From IMG/VR virus record IMGVR_UViG_3300020395_000058, positions 1 to 31,220 of that record: 31,220 nucleotides of DNA; one strand, written 5' to 3'. The position numbers and the translations under genes are program-made. The notes under the pieces are model-generated. The model made no database searches. It had not been told where the DNA came from and saw only the letters and a list, made by a program, of their open reading frames with translations. The DNA is from a virus (Duplodnaviria; Caudoviricetes). Positions 1 through 7,711 of this stretch are shown here, in pieces (the stretch's first letter is position 1; each line of letters starts with the position of its first letter).

Positions 1-554
1 GCGATGTGATTGGGAACAAAAGCAAATTCATCCAAGAATAGGATATTGAAAGACATACCCCTAACAGCACTAGCAGAAGTAGACGCAGCCAAGATTTTAC
101 TACCATTTTCTAACTCCAATGAACCTTTATTCCATGCAACAATACCCTGTTGCATCCATCTTGGTAAATTCTCATAAGCAGTTTGCAATCTACCAAGAAG
201 TTCCCTAGCAGTTGCAGCCTTGTTAGCAAGAATACCAATATTCACACTGTCATTAAAAACAGCATAATGTAATAGATATGCAACCACCGTTGTAGACTTA
301 CCAGTCTGTCGTGGCATCTTACATATATTGAATCTCTCTTTATGGAATCTTTTTATTAACTTCTCTTGAAATTTATAAGGTGCAAAAGGTACAAGACCCT
401 CATCCAAATTGACAATTTGGACATACTTTTTTGCAAAGTACACAGGATTCTTTTTACATTTAATAAATTCAGAAATCTGATCAGCAGTAAACTCAATCTG
501 AGTATTTGCTTTTTTTAAATTCGGATTACCAAGATATACATCATCAGAAGACAT
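1..554 (-). CDS. g17: Terminase large subunit gp17, N-terminal ATPase part (truncated by window edge)
   Basis: Not in the ORF track; translated by hand from ATG at 554: MSSDDVYLGNPNLKKAN...YNFQEKL (adenine-binding Q), KMPRQTGKST (Walker A), AVRGMSFNILFLDEFAFVP (Walker B). Open to base 1; downstream of g16. Confidence 0.97.
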   Translation of the reverse strand, partial: MSSDDVYLGNPNLKKANTQIEFTADQISEFIKCKKNPVYFAKKYVQIVNLDEGLVPFAPYKFQEKLIKRFHKERFNICKMPRQTGKSTTVVAYLLHYAVFNDSVNIGILANKAATARELLGRLQTAYENLPRWMQQGIVAWNKGSLELENGSKILAASTSASAVRGMSFNILFLDEFAFVPNHI

Positions 555-556
555 AA

Positions 557-1456
557 TTATTTTTGCCCTGCGTACAATAAAGGTTCAGTAGGGTCTCTTC
601 TTACTGGGTTATAATAAAGAACCATACCTCTTGGATATACCTTCTCTATTTCTGCTCTCACTTCTGCTTTAGTTGGTCTTGAGAATTTACCAAAGAACAT
701 TTGCGTCTTAATAGTTCTTCCTCTCCAATTTACAAAAATCACATAAGTTTTACCTCTTTCCTGAAGACGAAGATATGACTCATAAGTAAATGTTTTCTTC
801 TTGATCTTAGTATCATTCTCACCAGTTCTACCTGGTTTCATTGTTCCTGCGGTAAATCTTTTAATGTTTTTACCACCACTGTCTTTACCAAGTCCTCCTT
901 TTCTCGTTGCACTAACAGTGCCAGTCTTCTTCGTCTGAGTAAGAACTGCATCTTGTCCATACTTTTTACCAAGTTCTTTTACTGCTTTCTTAAACTTTCT
1001 CTTACCTTTTTTACCAGAGGTAACAACGTGACTACGTTCTTTAACTTTAGTTACTTCACCAGTCTTATCATCTTTCTCATCCCATCTACCTTGTACCTTA
1101 GTAGCACCAGGAAGACCCTTACCCTTAATATCACGATCTAACTGCTTTGCTCTGGCCTTATTTTCCTTAGATGATTTGTCACCACGACTTGCAGAGATGA
1201 CTGCCATCCCTCCTTTATCTGACTTAGATTTGATTCTACTTAAACTACTTTCATCTATTTCATAATGATCCCTAATGCTATCTGGTACTAAATCTTCACT
1301 ACCAGAGACATACTTAGCATGAACTCTTCTTTCAACCTTCCTTCTCAATCTTGCACCAGCATCCATTGCTTTTTGAGGTTTTTTCTTTTCATCTTTTTTA
1401 CCTGCAACTTTTTTCATTGCAGATGATGCTTTTTTTCTAAAATCAGATAGATTCAT
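557..1456 (-). CDS. Lys-rich modular protein between g16 and g17; central domain resembles phage SAM lyase (T3 SAMase/DUF3293-like); candidate internal head protein
   Basis: 299-aa ORF coupled to g16 by a TAATG overlap. It has a basic N-terminus, a central ISASRG...EN..R...GRWDE...ERS...LGKKYGQDAVL domain, and a distinct C-terminal ~65-aa domain (VIFVNWRG...QMFF...IEKVYP). The CDS is secure; the function is inferred. Confidence 0.8.
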   Translation of the reverse strand: MNLSDFRKKASSAMKKVAGKKDEKKKPQKAMDAGARLRRKVERRVHAKYVSGSEDLVPDSIRDHYEIDESSLSRIKSKSDKGGMAVISASRGDKSSKENKARAKQLDRDIKGKGLPGATKVQGRWDEKDDKTGEVTKVKERSHVVTSGKKGKRKFKKAVKELGKKYGQDAVLTQTKKTGTVSATRKGGLGKDSGGKNIKRFTAGTMKPGRTGENDTKIKKKTFTYESYLRLQERGKTYVIFVNWRGRTIKTQMFFGKFSRPTKAEVRAEIEKVYPRGMVLYYNPVRRDPTEPLLYAGQK

Positions 1457-1905
1457 TAGTCTTCAGATTCCCCTTTAGTATTTAGAACACCTTCCTTTAT
1501 AAGTTTAGATAAATCTGATGTAGAACCAACAAATAATGCATTATTAACAGTTGTTGGTCCTTTCTTATCTTCTTTACCCAATTCCTTCATCTTAGTTTGA
1601 AGATCGATCAATTTATCGGTAGTGTCTCCAACACTTTTGATTAACTGCCCAACAACTTCATAACCTCTTGCAGATTGACCATCTTGTGCTACTTCCAAAA
1701 TACCATTAATTGCTTCTTGACCTTTTTCAATTAAAGAATAAAGATTACCTCTTGTGTACTCATAATCAACAGTGGCTTCTGTTTTCTCTCCAACATTTTT
1801 TAATTGATCTTTTCTTGTTGCACATCCACCTTCTGGAGTGCTAATTGCTTCCACTTCTTTTGTTTCAATGTCTAAAGCATTGTCTATGGCATCAAATTTA
1901 CTCAT
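1456..1905 (-). CDS. g16: Terminase small subunit gp16
   Basis: DYEYTRGNLYSLIEKGQEAINGILEVAQ...RGYEVVGQLIKSV...NNALFVGSTSDL is typical of T4-like gp16; lies between g15 and g17. Confidence 0.95.
   Translation of the reverse strand: MSKFDAIDNALDIETKEVEAISTPEGGCATRKDQLKNVGEKTEATVDYEYTRGNLYSLIEKGQEAINGILEVAQDGQSARGYEVVGQLIKSVGDTTDKLIDLQTKMKELGKEDKKGPTTVNNALFVGSTSDLSKLIKEGVLNTKGESED
1479..1486 (-). promoter_or_regulatory. T4-like late promoter variant TCTAAATA within the 3' end of g16
   Basis: Plus-strand tatttaga lies 22 nt upstream of the 299-aa ORF start; the same octamer precedes g15. Confidence 0.55.
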
Positions 1906-2954
1906 ACGTCAGTACCTTTACTAGGACTATAACTTAAACCATCAACACCAAAATCATAACGTTGCTCACTAAATCCAAAGTCATCACCCAATTCAACAAG
2001 AGCATCATCAGCAGCATTTACAGCATCTATAGAATCTCCATTAATATGAGTGTCAGTAGTTGTTCCATCTTGACCTCTCTTAACGGTAATATTATTACCA
2101 TCAATTGCCTTAATGAACATTAATTCATTTCCAATTGCAATGTAAGTATCAACAAGTAATCCAGATGCATCTGCAACTAAGAACTTAGTCTTAGACTTAG
2201 TTATATCTTCTCCAAGAACTGTTGTATTGTCATCATTATAATCCTTAAGTGCTCTTGGTTGAGCAACATATCTTTGTGTCCTTGGTGCAGTCTTAACTGC
2301 TTCAGTTGAGTAATCAACCTGAACCTTCTTAATCAGTCCAGTGGAACTATCAGCAACAGGACCAAAGAGATAAGTTTTAGCAGTAAAGTCTAAAGTATGG
2401 ATTATAACTCTTTTTTCATCCATTCCACTATCATAATTATCATCAAATGATACACTTTCCAACACCATTGGTATATCTCTTTTTTCACCAATAGATTTGA
2501 CTAAATCTACTGTTAAATTAAATGATGGTTGAAAATATGGCAATACCTGTTCAATAATCTGTAGGGAATCTTCATTATATTGAGTCATTGCATATAACTT
2601 GAAACTTAAATTATATGGAACTGGCATGAATACCTTTCTAGCAGATTTTGATCCATCAGTAGTAAATGCCTTGAAGGTTTGCATTGTTGAAACTTTTCTT
2701 GATGAATCATAAGAAATGCCATCCATCTCAAATGCTAATCGTGGTAAAGTTATTGCAACTCTCTTTCTTAAATCTGGTTTTTGTTCTAGTCTCGCAAGAA
2801 ATTTCTCTGTTGGTCCATAAGCAATAGGAACCCTTACTGTAGAAAAGGCTGCTCCTGCCGATGTTTGATGTTTAATATCAATGGTATTGAAGAGAGTACC
2901 AAAGGCAATAATAGTCCTTCTAATAATCTCGTGATAATAATAAGTTCCTAGCAT
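1902..2954 (-). CDS. g15: Tail sheath stabiliser/tail terminator gp15 with an extra C-terminal beta module
   Basis: YYYHEIIRRTIIAFGTLFN, VPIAYGP.EKFLARL, LPRLAFE, PVPYNLSF.L, QIIEQVLPYFQP motifs; AAGGAGGA RBS at 2961-2968; synteny g14-g15-g16. Confidence 0.95.
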   Translation of the reverse strand: MLGTYYYHEIIRRTIIAFGTLFNTIDIKHQTSAGAAFSTVRVPIAYGPTEKFLARLEQKPDLRKRVAITLPRLAFEMDGISYDSSRKVSTMQTFKAFTTDGSKSARKVFMPVPYNLSFKLYAMTQYNEDSLQIIEQVLPYFQPSFNLTVDLVKSIGEKRDIPMVLESVSFDDNYDSGMDEKRVIIHTLDFTAKTYLFGPVADSSTGLIKKVQVDYSTEAVKTAPRTQRYVAQPRALKDYNDDNTTVLGEDITKSKTKFLVADASGLLVDTYIAIGNELMFIKAIDGNNITVKRGQDGTTTDTHINGDSIDAVNAADDALVELGDDFGFSEQRYDFGVDGLSYSPSKGTDV

Positions 2955-2974
2955 ATCAAATCCTCCTTATATTA

Positions 2975-2982
2975 TATTTAGA
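2975..2982 (-). promoter_or_regulatory. T4-like late promoter variant TCTAAATA upstream of g15
   Basis: Overlaps the g14 stop, 20 nt upstream of the g15 ATG, followed by a strong RBS. Confidence 0.6.
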
Positions 2983-4408
2983 AGTCACCGAATGGGTTAT
3001 CTTCAGTAAAGTCCAAAATAGCATCTGCTTCTGATTCTACAAGAATATTTTCATTGTAAAGATCATACTCATCTTGGTCAGATGTACTCTGAACAATATA
3101 CTTAGCATCAGATCCATTATTAGATGTTCCTATACCAACAACTGCTTCTCCGACTGCAAACCCACTTCCAGAAATATTGTTAATCTTAAGAATTCTATCA
3201 TCACTATCCCAAGATTCAACATATGCAGTAGTTCCAGTAGAAACACCTCTAACCATCTCCCTAAAGAGATAATTTCCAGTGTTAATACCAGAAGCAGGAG
3301 CATCTATAATAACATTTGGTGCTACGGTATATCCAGCACCAGCATTAGTATATCTAATATCACTTATTCCACCAGCAGTATTAACTATAGCAACAGATGC
3401 TGCGTTAGTTCCACCAGATGGGGCAACTCCAATAAGAACAGTTGGTTTTGATCCATATTCTGCACCAGGATCGTTTATAGTTGGTATAGTTAAAGATCCT
3501 TGTGAAATTATAGCAGTTGCAATACCACCAGTTCCAAATGCATTCTGACTTCTAATAGTGATAATAGGTGGTACAGTATAACCATAACCTGGATTAGTAA
3601 GTTGAATATTATCAATCGATTGACCAGTCTGTCCAGTTCTACTTGTCATGATTGCAACAGCAGTTGCATTTATTCCACCACTTGGAGCAGTAGCAATTCC
3701 AACTAATGGTGCAATTGTATATCCTGTTCCATCATTGATTAAATCAACTTGAGATACTGAATAACGTCCAGTTCCAAGTGATCCAGTATTTTCTGCTACA
3801 ACAACAGTAGCAGTTGCTGTTGATGCACCAAGACCAACCATAGTAAGTCTTTGTGTAAATCCAAACTCAACTGCAGCCTCATCAACTTCGGCAATACTTG
3901 TATCAATTAGTTCATCAGCAGCATAATCCATTACTTCACAACTTAATGTGTAAACATAGAGATTATTCAACTGATAAAATGGTTTCTTACCTTCAACATA
4001 CTTAATCTCAAACATAGTATTATCTAAAGGTAAGTATATTAAATCACCTTCTTCTGGCCTTGTTGCTAATTCAATTTGACTATCTGCTGCCATAAATGGA
4101 CTAATAAAATCCTCATACCTTTCTTTAGATACTACAAAAGTAACTTGATCAGTTGTTTGAACTCCAAATTTAGATAAAATATCTCCATTACCTTCAAATC
4201 CTTCATAATTTAACAAATATGCTTCCATCCGATAAGCATCATCAAATACAGAGGCAGTAACCTCTTTCATAATAGTATTTTTGTTTATGACATTTCTTGG
4301 AAGATATACTACGTCCTGTCCATAAATTTTTAATTGTTCATTAATTAGATCCTGAACTAATCTTTGTTCATTGGATGATCCTTGAAGGAAATACGGAGAA
4401 AGTGGCAT
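2978..4408 (-). CDS. g14: Neck protein gp14 (head closure) with inserted beta repeats
   Basis: EQRLVQDLINEQLKIYGQDVVYLPR, GDILSKFG, RPEEGDLIYLP, FEIKYVE..PFYQL, C-terminal DFTEDNPFGDF; follows g13. Confidence 0.95.
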   Translation of the reverse strand: MPLSPYFLQGSSNEQRLVQDLINEQLKIYGQDVVYLPRNVINKNTIMKEVTASVFDDAYRMEAYLLNYEGFEGNGDILSKFGVQTTDQVTFVVSKERYEDFISPFMAADSQIELATRPEEGDLIYLPLDNTMFEIKYVEGKKPFYQLNNLYVYTLSCEVMDYAADELIDTSIAEVDEAAVEFGFTQRLTMVGLGASTATATVVVAENTGSLGTGRYSVSQVDLINDGTGYTIAPLVGIATAPSGGINATAVAIMTSRTGQTGQSIDNIQLTNPGYGYTVPPIITIRSQNAFGTGGIATAIISQGSLTIPTINDPGAEYGSKPTVLIGVAPSGGTNAASVAIVNTAGGISDIRYTNAGAGYTVAPNVIIDAPASGINTGNYLFREMVRGVSTGTTAYVESWDSDDRILKINNISGSGFAVGEAVVGIGTSNNGSDAKYIVQSTSDQDEYDLYNENILVESEADAILDFTEDNPFGDF

Positions 4409-4412
4409 AACA

Positions 4413-5237
4413 TTATCCTATCATATCCAGTGGAGGAAGTTCGTACTCGTTCCTAAGTTCATATTCAATTTGCTCAATTTCTTTTACTGCATCATCGTAA
4501 ATCTGTCTACCATTTAATTGAACTCCACCAGGTAACATAACTCCTTGGAACTTAATAAGATTTTGCCCCCACTGTTTCTTAATAATTGCAGTTAAATACC
4601 GTTTTAACCAGAAATCATTATAGATATCTGATGCATTTGCTGGATCTACAATTCTATAACAATCTAAAATTATGTACTGATCTTCAGTAAATTCCTTCCA
4701 ATCAATATCCATATACAATCTATGTTGTTTTTTATTAAACCTAATTTGAATATCTGGAGTAATTAATCTACTCAAATCTTCCATATAGGTTTTCGTCATT
4801 GTATAATTTAATAAATCAAGTGCTCCATAATAATAAAGATCATTCAAGAACAACTGGTACTTAAGATTAAATAGTCCACTAGATATGGTACTATTATCCA
4901 TCTTAAATACTTTTTCTACACCAATCACATGATCTGGTAGTTGTAAAAAATTATAATTTTCTTGCCATCCTAATGTAGTTACACCAACACCAGTTGTTGC
5001 TGTACTAGTTGTAATTCCTGAAGCACCTCCCTCAAGTATTGTTTTCTCAGCTAAAGTTACTTTGTGCTTTAAAAAAGTTCTCTCAATACCATCGAAATGC
5101 CTTTCTTGAAAGTATTGTAGAGCATCATCTACCAGATCATCAATTTGATCATCATCGACATTAATTTCCAATACAGGATATCCTAGTCTTCGTAGACTAT
5201 AATCTATTAATCCTTGTCTGGTTGATGGTTTGCTCAT
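4413..5237 (-). CDS. g13: Neck protein gp13 (head-tail adaptor)
   Basis: LIDYSLRRLGYPVLEINVDDDQIDD, HFDG, WLKRY.TA..KKQWGQNLIKFQGV.LPGGVQLNG, C-terminal PPLDMIG. Confidence 0.96.
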   Translation of the reverse strand: MSKPSTRQGLIDYSLRRLGYPVLEINVDDDQIDDLVDDALQYFQERHFDGIERTFLKHKVTLAEKTILEGGASGITTSTATTGVGVTTLGWQENYNFLQLPDHVIGVEKVFKMDNSTISSGLFNLKYQLFLNDLYYYGALDLLNYTMTKTYMEDLSRLITPDIQIRFNKKQHRLYMDIDWKEFTEDQYIILDCYRIVDPANASDIYNDFWLKRYLTAIIKKQWGQNLIKFQGVMLPGGVQLNGRQIYDDAVKEIEQIEYELRNEYELPPLDMIG

Positions 5238-5425
5238 TCTTCAAATCCGTCTTCGTTATCTTCTGTTTCTCCATTTTGCAATTTGAGAAACTGTTCTTCC
5301 AAATCCATATAGTCTTTGGACATAGATGCTATTTTTGCTTCCATTAGAACGTTTTGGTTAATCAATTCTGATAATTTTTTATGATAATGATTAACTAAAA
5401 TATTCACATCAAGTTCACGATTCAT
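5234..5425 (-). CDS. Small coiled-coil hypothetical protein (63 aa)
   Basis: Fills the gap between the 482-aa ORF and g13 (ATGA overlap); heptad-like KLSELINQNVLMEAKIASMSKDYMDLEEQFLKL; acidic tail. Confidence 0.8.
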   Translation of the reverse strand: MNRELDVNILVNHYHKKLSELINQNVLMEAKIASMSKDYMDLEEQFLKLQNGETEDNEDGFEE

Positions 5426-5427
5426 GT

Positions 5428-6876
5428 TTAGAATTGACCTCCATCGATTGTTGTCGTCCAGACTGGAATGCCAGAAGCATTCGTTGTTAGTATATAGTTG
5501 GAAGTAGAGATACCTGCAGCAGGGTTTGAGGTTGAGGTTAATTTACCAGTGGAATCAAAATATGCTGCACCACTAGACCACCAATCTCCTGATCCACTAG
5601 TTGCACCTTGGTAATAGATACCTTTAACATCTAGGAATCCTCTTACACCAGCAGCAACATTACCTGTTACGGTAGCATCTGGAATAAAAGTCCATGATCT
5701 TTCTGGAACATTAGTGTTGGATTCTCCAGCACTATCATTCATACCAAAGAAACCAGTTTTGTTATTTGATACTCCAGAACTAGTGTTATAGTTGTAAGCA
5801 ATACCACGGTCAGTGTTAGTATCATAACCATGTGTAATGGTTAATTGAGTGGTTGTTGTAATACCAGCAGTTGTTTGACCATCAATATAAACTGTTGAAA
5901 TTCCAGCAGCTGTTCCATAATATGCTATAGTTGTTGTTCCTGCACCTGGAAGTGCTGAACTACCAGTAATAGTATCTCCAGTATTAACACCAACAATACC
6001 ATCAAGAGTAATTGCAGAAGTACCAGATCCAACAGTAGCAGTAACTGTTCTTACACTGGTAACATCACCAATAACCATAACTGGATCATTTACAGTAGCA
6101 TTGGTAGAGTTAACAGTAGTTGTTGTTCCATCAACCTGTAAACTACCTTTAACTACGACTAAACCATCACTACTCAATCCATCAGGATATGGGTCAAGAT
6201 ATAATGTATTTCCACCACCAGTCTTAGTTGAAATAACATTAGAAGAAATTCCAATATTATCAATAACAGTTCCACCTACAATTTCTATTCCAGAATTATA
6301 AACCCATGCTTTACCAGTTACTTGAACCTTATCGGTTCCATCTTCGTCATATTCAATACTTGCATCTTTATTTGCACCAAATGATAGTTTAGTGTCATCG
6401 TTAATTACGATATGACCATTAGATCCTGGTGAACCATTAGTAACGAAATTAATATCATTATTGGTTGCATCATTTGAATATATTGTATTTCCATCAATTG
6501 TTAAATTATCTACGTTCCACTGATCAACTCTTGGCATACTTGCATCAGCAGTTCCTGCACCAAGTCCAGTAGCATTTAAACCAGGACTACCTGCAGAGGA
6601 TACATCAAGAATTGGAATGAATCCGTTAGACAGTGTACTACCATTTGCATTTGCACCACCAGCAACTGTTCCTGGTGTAGTTGACATCATATCGGTGTAA
6701 TACTTACCACCAATACTAATTGGATTAGAATCTGGATTATCGTTATTACCTACGTATAATCTACCACCCCCATTTCCTTGGGTTCCATTGGTCATGGTGA
6801 CCGCTAATTCACCATAATTTATAACTGACGGAGCATTGGATCCAGTCGATCTTTTTACTCGAATAATACTGGCCAT
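5428..6876 (-). CDS. Fibre/whisker-like virion structural protein (482 aa)
   Basis: N-terminal IRVKRS...P...YGELA...LYVG module typical of phage fibre N-termini; G/T/S-rich beta repeats (VKGSLQVDGTTTTVNST); C-terminal PVWTTTIDGGQF. Confidence 0.75.
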   Translation of the reverse strand: MASIIRVKRSTGSNAPSVINYGELAVTMTNGTQGNGGGRLYVGNNDNPDSNPISIGGKYYTDMMSTTPGTVAGGANANGSTLSNGFIPILDVSSAGSPGLNATGLGAGTADASMPRVDQWNVDNLTIDGNTIYSNDATNNDINFVTNGSPGSNGHIVINDDTKLSFGANKDASIEYDEDGTDKVQVTGKAWVYNSGIEIVGGTVIDNIGISSNVISTKTGGGNTLYLDPYPDGLSSDGLVVVKGSLQVDGTTTTVNSTNATVNDPVMVIGDVTSVRTVTATVGSGTSAITLDGIVGVNTGDTITGSSALPGAGTTTIAYYGTAAGISTVYIDGQTTAGITTTTQLTITHGYDTNTDRGIAYNYNTSSGVSNNKTGFFGMNDSAGESNTNVPERSWTFIPDATVTGNVAAGVRGFLDVKGIYYQGATSGSGDWWSSGAAYFDSTGKLTSTSNPAAGISTSNYILTTNASGIPVWTTTIDGGQF

Positions 6877-7104
6877 TTAAAAGCTACCTCCGTTGATATT
6901 TAAGTTTTGTGTTGCTCCTGGGGTCAATTCCGATGTGGCCTCCCATTTAGATGTGGAGGTGTTGTAAACTAATACCATTCCATTACCAAGTCCACCAGAA
7001 ATGTCAACGTCACCTAATGCCCCTAAAGTACCTCCACTACCTGCAATCGCAGATACAACTTTAGTAGCGTTTTTCGATCCAACTCGAACTTTAATGTCTG
7101 CCAT
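6877..7104 (-). CDS. Small fibre-repeat-containing protein (75 aa)
   Basis: LGALGDVDISG..NGMVLVYNTSTSKW is a common fibre repeat (L..L.DV......G.VL.Y......W); ends INGGSF. Confidence 0.75.
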   Translation of the reverse strand: MADIKVRVGSKNATKVVSAIAGSGGTLGALGDVDISGGLGNGMVLVYNTSTSKWEATSELTPGATQNLNINGGSF

Positions 7105-7108
7105 ATTT

Positions 7109-7447
7109 CTATAGAGTAACTCCAGCAGTCACAATTGCACTACCACCAACAACTCTGGTTTTCGTACCACCAGCATCAGTGACTAATACATCATAACTAT
7201 ATCTACCAGACTTTAATGTCTTGGTAACGGTATCTGTCAATGATATCTTCAATTGTCCTTGTGTTCTATTAGGGAATGATACAGTAAAAGTTGCAGTATC
7301 GTTTAAAGAAGCAGGATGCTTCTTCATCTTTGCATCACCTGTATATCCTGTTAAATCCAAAGGAGCACTATTATTATCTTCAAGTGTGTAAGTCTGATTA
7401 AAATCAGCCCCAGCATCAATTACTATATTGTTAACGTATGCTGCCAT
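7109..7447 (-). CDS. Putative beta-sandwich fibre adaptor protein (112 aa)
   Basis: IDAGADF...LDLTGYT..A.MKK...G.LKISL...T..L..GRYSYDVLV...RVVGG pattern resembles BppU-N/LtfC-like adaptor domains; first gene after a late promoter. Confidence 0.7.
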   Translation of the reverse strand: MAAYVNNIVIDAGADFNQTYTLEDNNSAPLDLTGYTGDAKMKKHPASLNDTATFTVSFPNRTQGQLKISLTDTVTKTLKSGRYSYDVLVTDAGGTKTRVVGGSAIVTAGVTL

Positions 7448-7476
7448 TATTAAATCAGTTAAAATCTACCTTCAGG

Positions 7477-7484
7477 TATTTATA
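7477..7484 (-). promoter_or_regulatory. T4 late promoter TATAAATA
   Basis: Exact consensus in the intergenic gap, 29 nt upstream of the 112-aa ORF. Confidence 0.85.
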
Positions 7485-7486
7485 AA

Positions 7487-7711
7487 TCATTTACTCACCA
7501 TTTGCTTTAAAAGAGTTTTTATCTCTTCCATTTCACTCTTTAAAGAGTCTAAATCGGTTTTTACTTGATCTAAACTCCTTTTTTCTTTATATTTTGTCTC
7601 TGATAATTGCATAAATTTATCAAATTCACTTTTATTTTGATTTACTATGGCATTAGAGTCCATGTCTCTTACTAAAGAGACATCTGACTTTACCTTTACA
7701 AAATTATTCAT
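7487..7711 (-). CDS. Small hypothetical protein with C-terminal coiled coil (74 aa)
   Basis: TAATG-coupled to the VrlC-like gene; LVRD..SNAIVN motif followed by heptads LDQVKTDLDSLKSEMEEIKTLLKQM. Confidence 0.85.
   Translation of the reverse strand: MNNFVKVKSDVSLVRDMDSNAIVNQNKSEFDKFMQLSETKYKEKRSLDQVKTDLDSLKSEMEEIKTLLKQMVSK

Noticed and set aside
953-1141. Hydrophobic 62-aa plus-strand ORF resembling a membrane peptide
   Set aside because: The Phe/Leu richness is simply the reverse complement of Lys-rich codons in the 299-aa ORF.
3074-3548. Plus-strand ORFs of 125 and 89 aa opposite g14
   Set aside because: Antisense shadows of a G/T/A/I-rich coding region; no RBS or promoter seen and no protein-like features.
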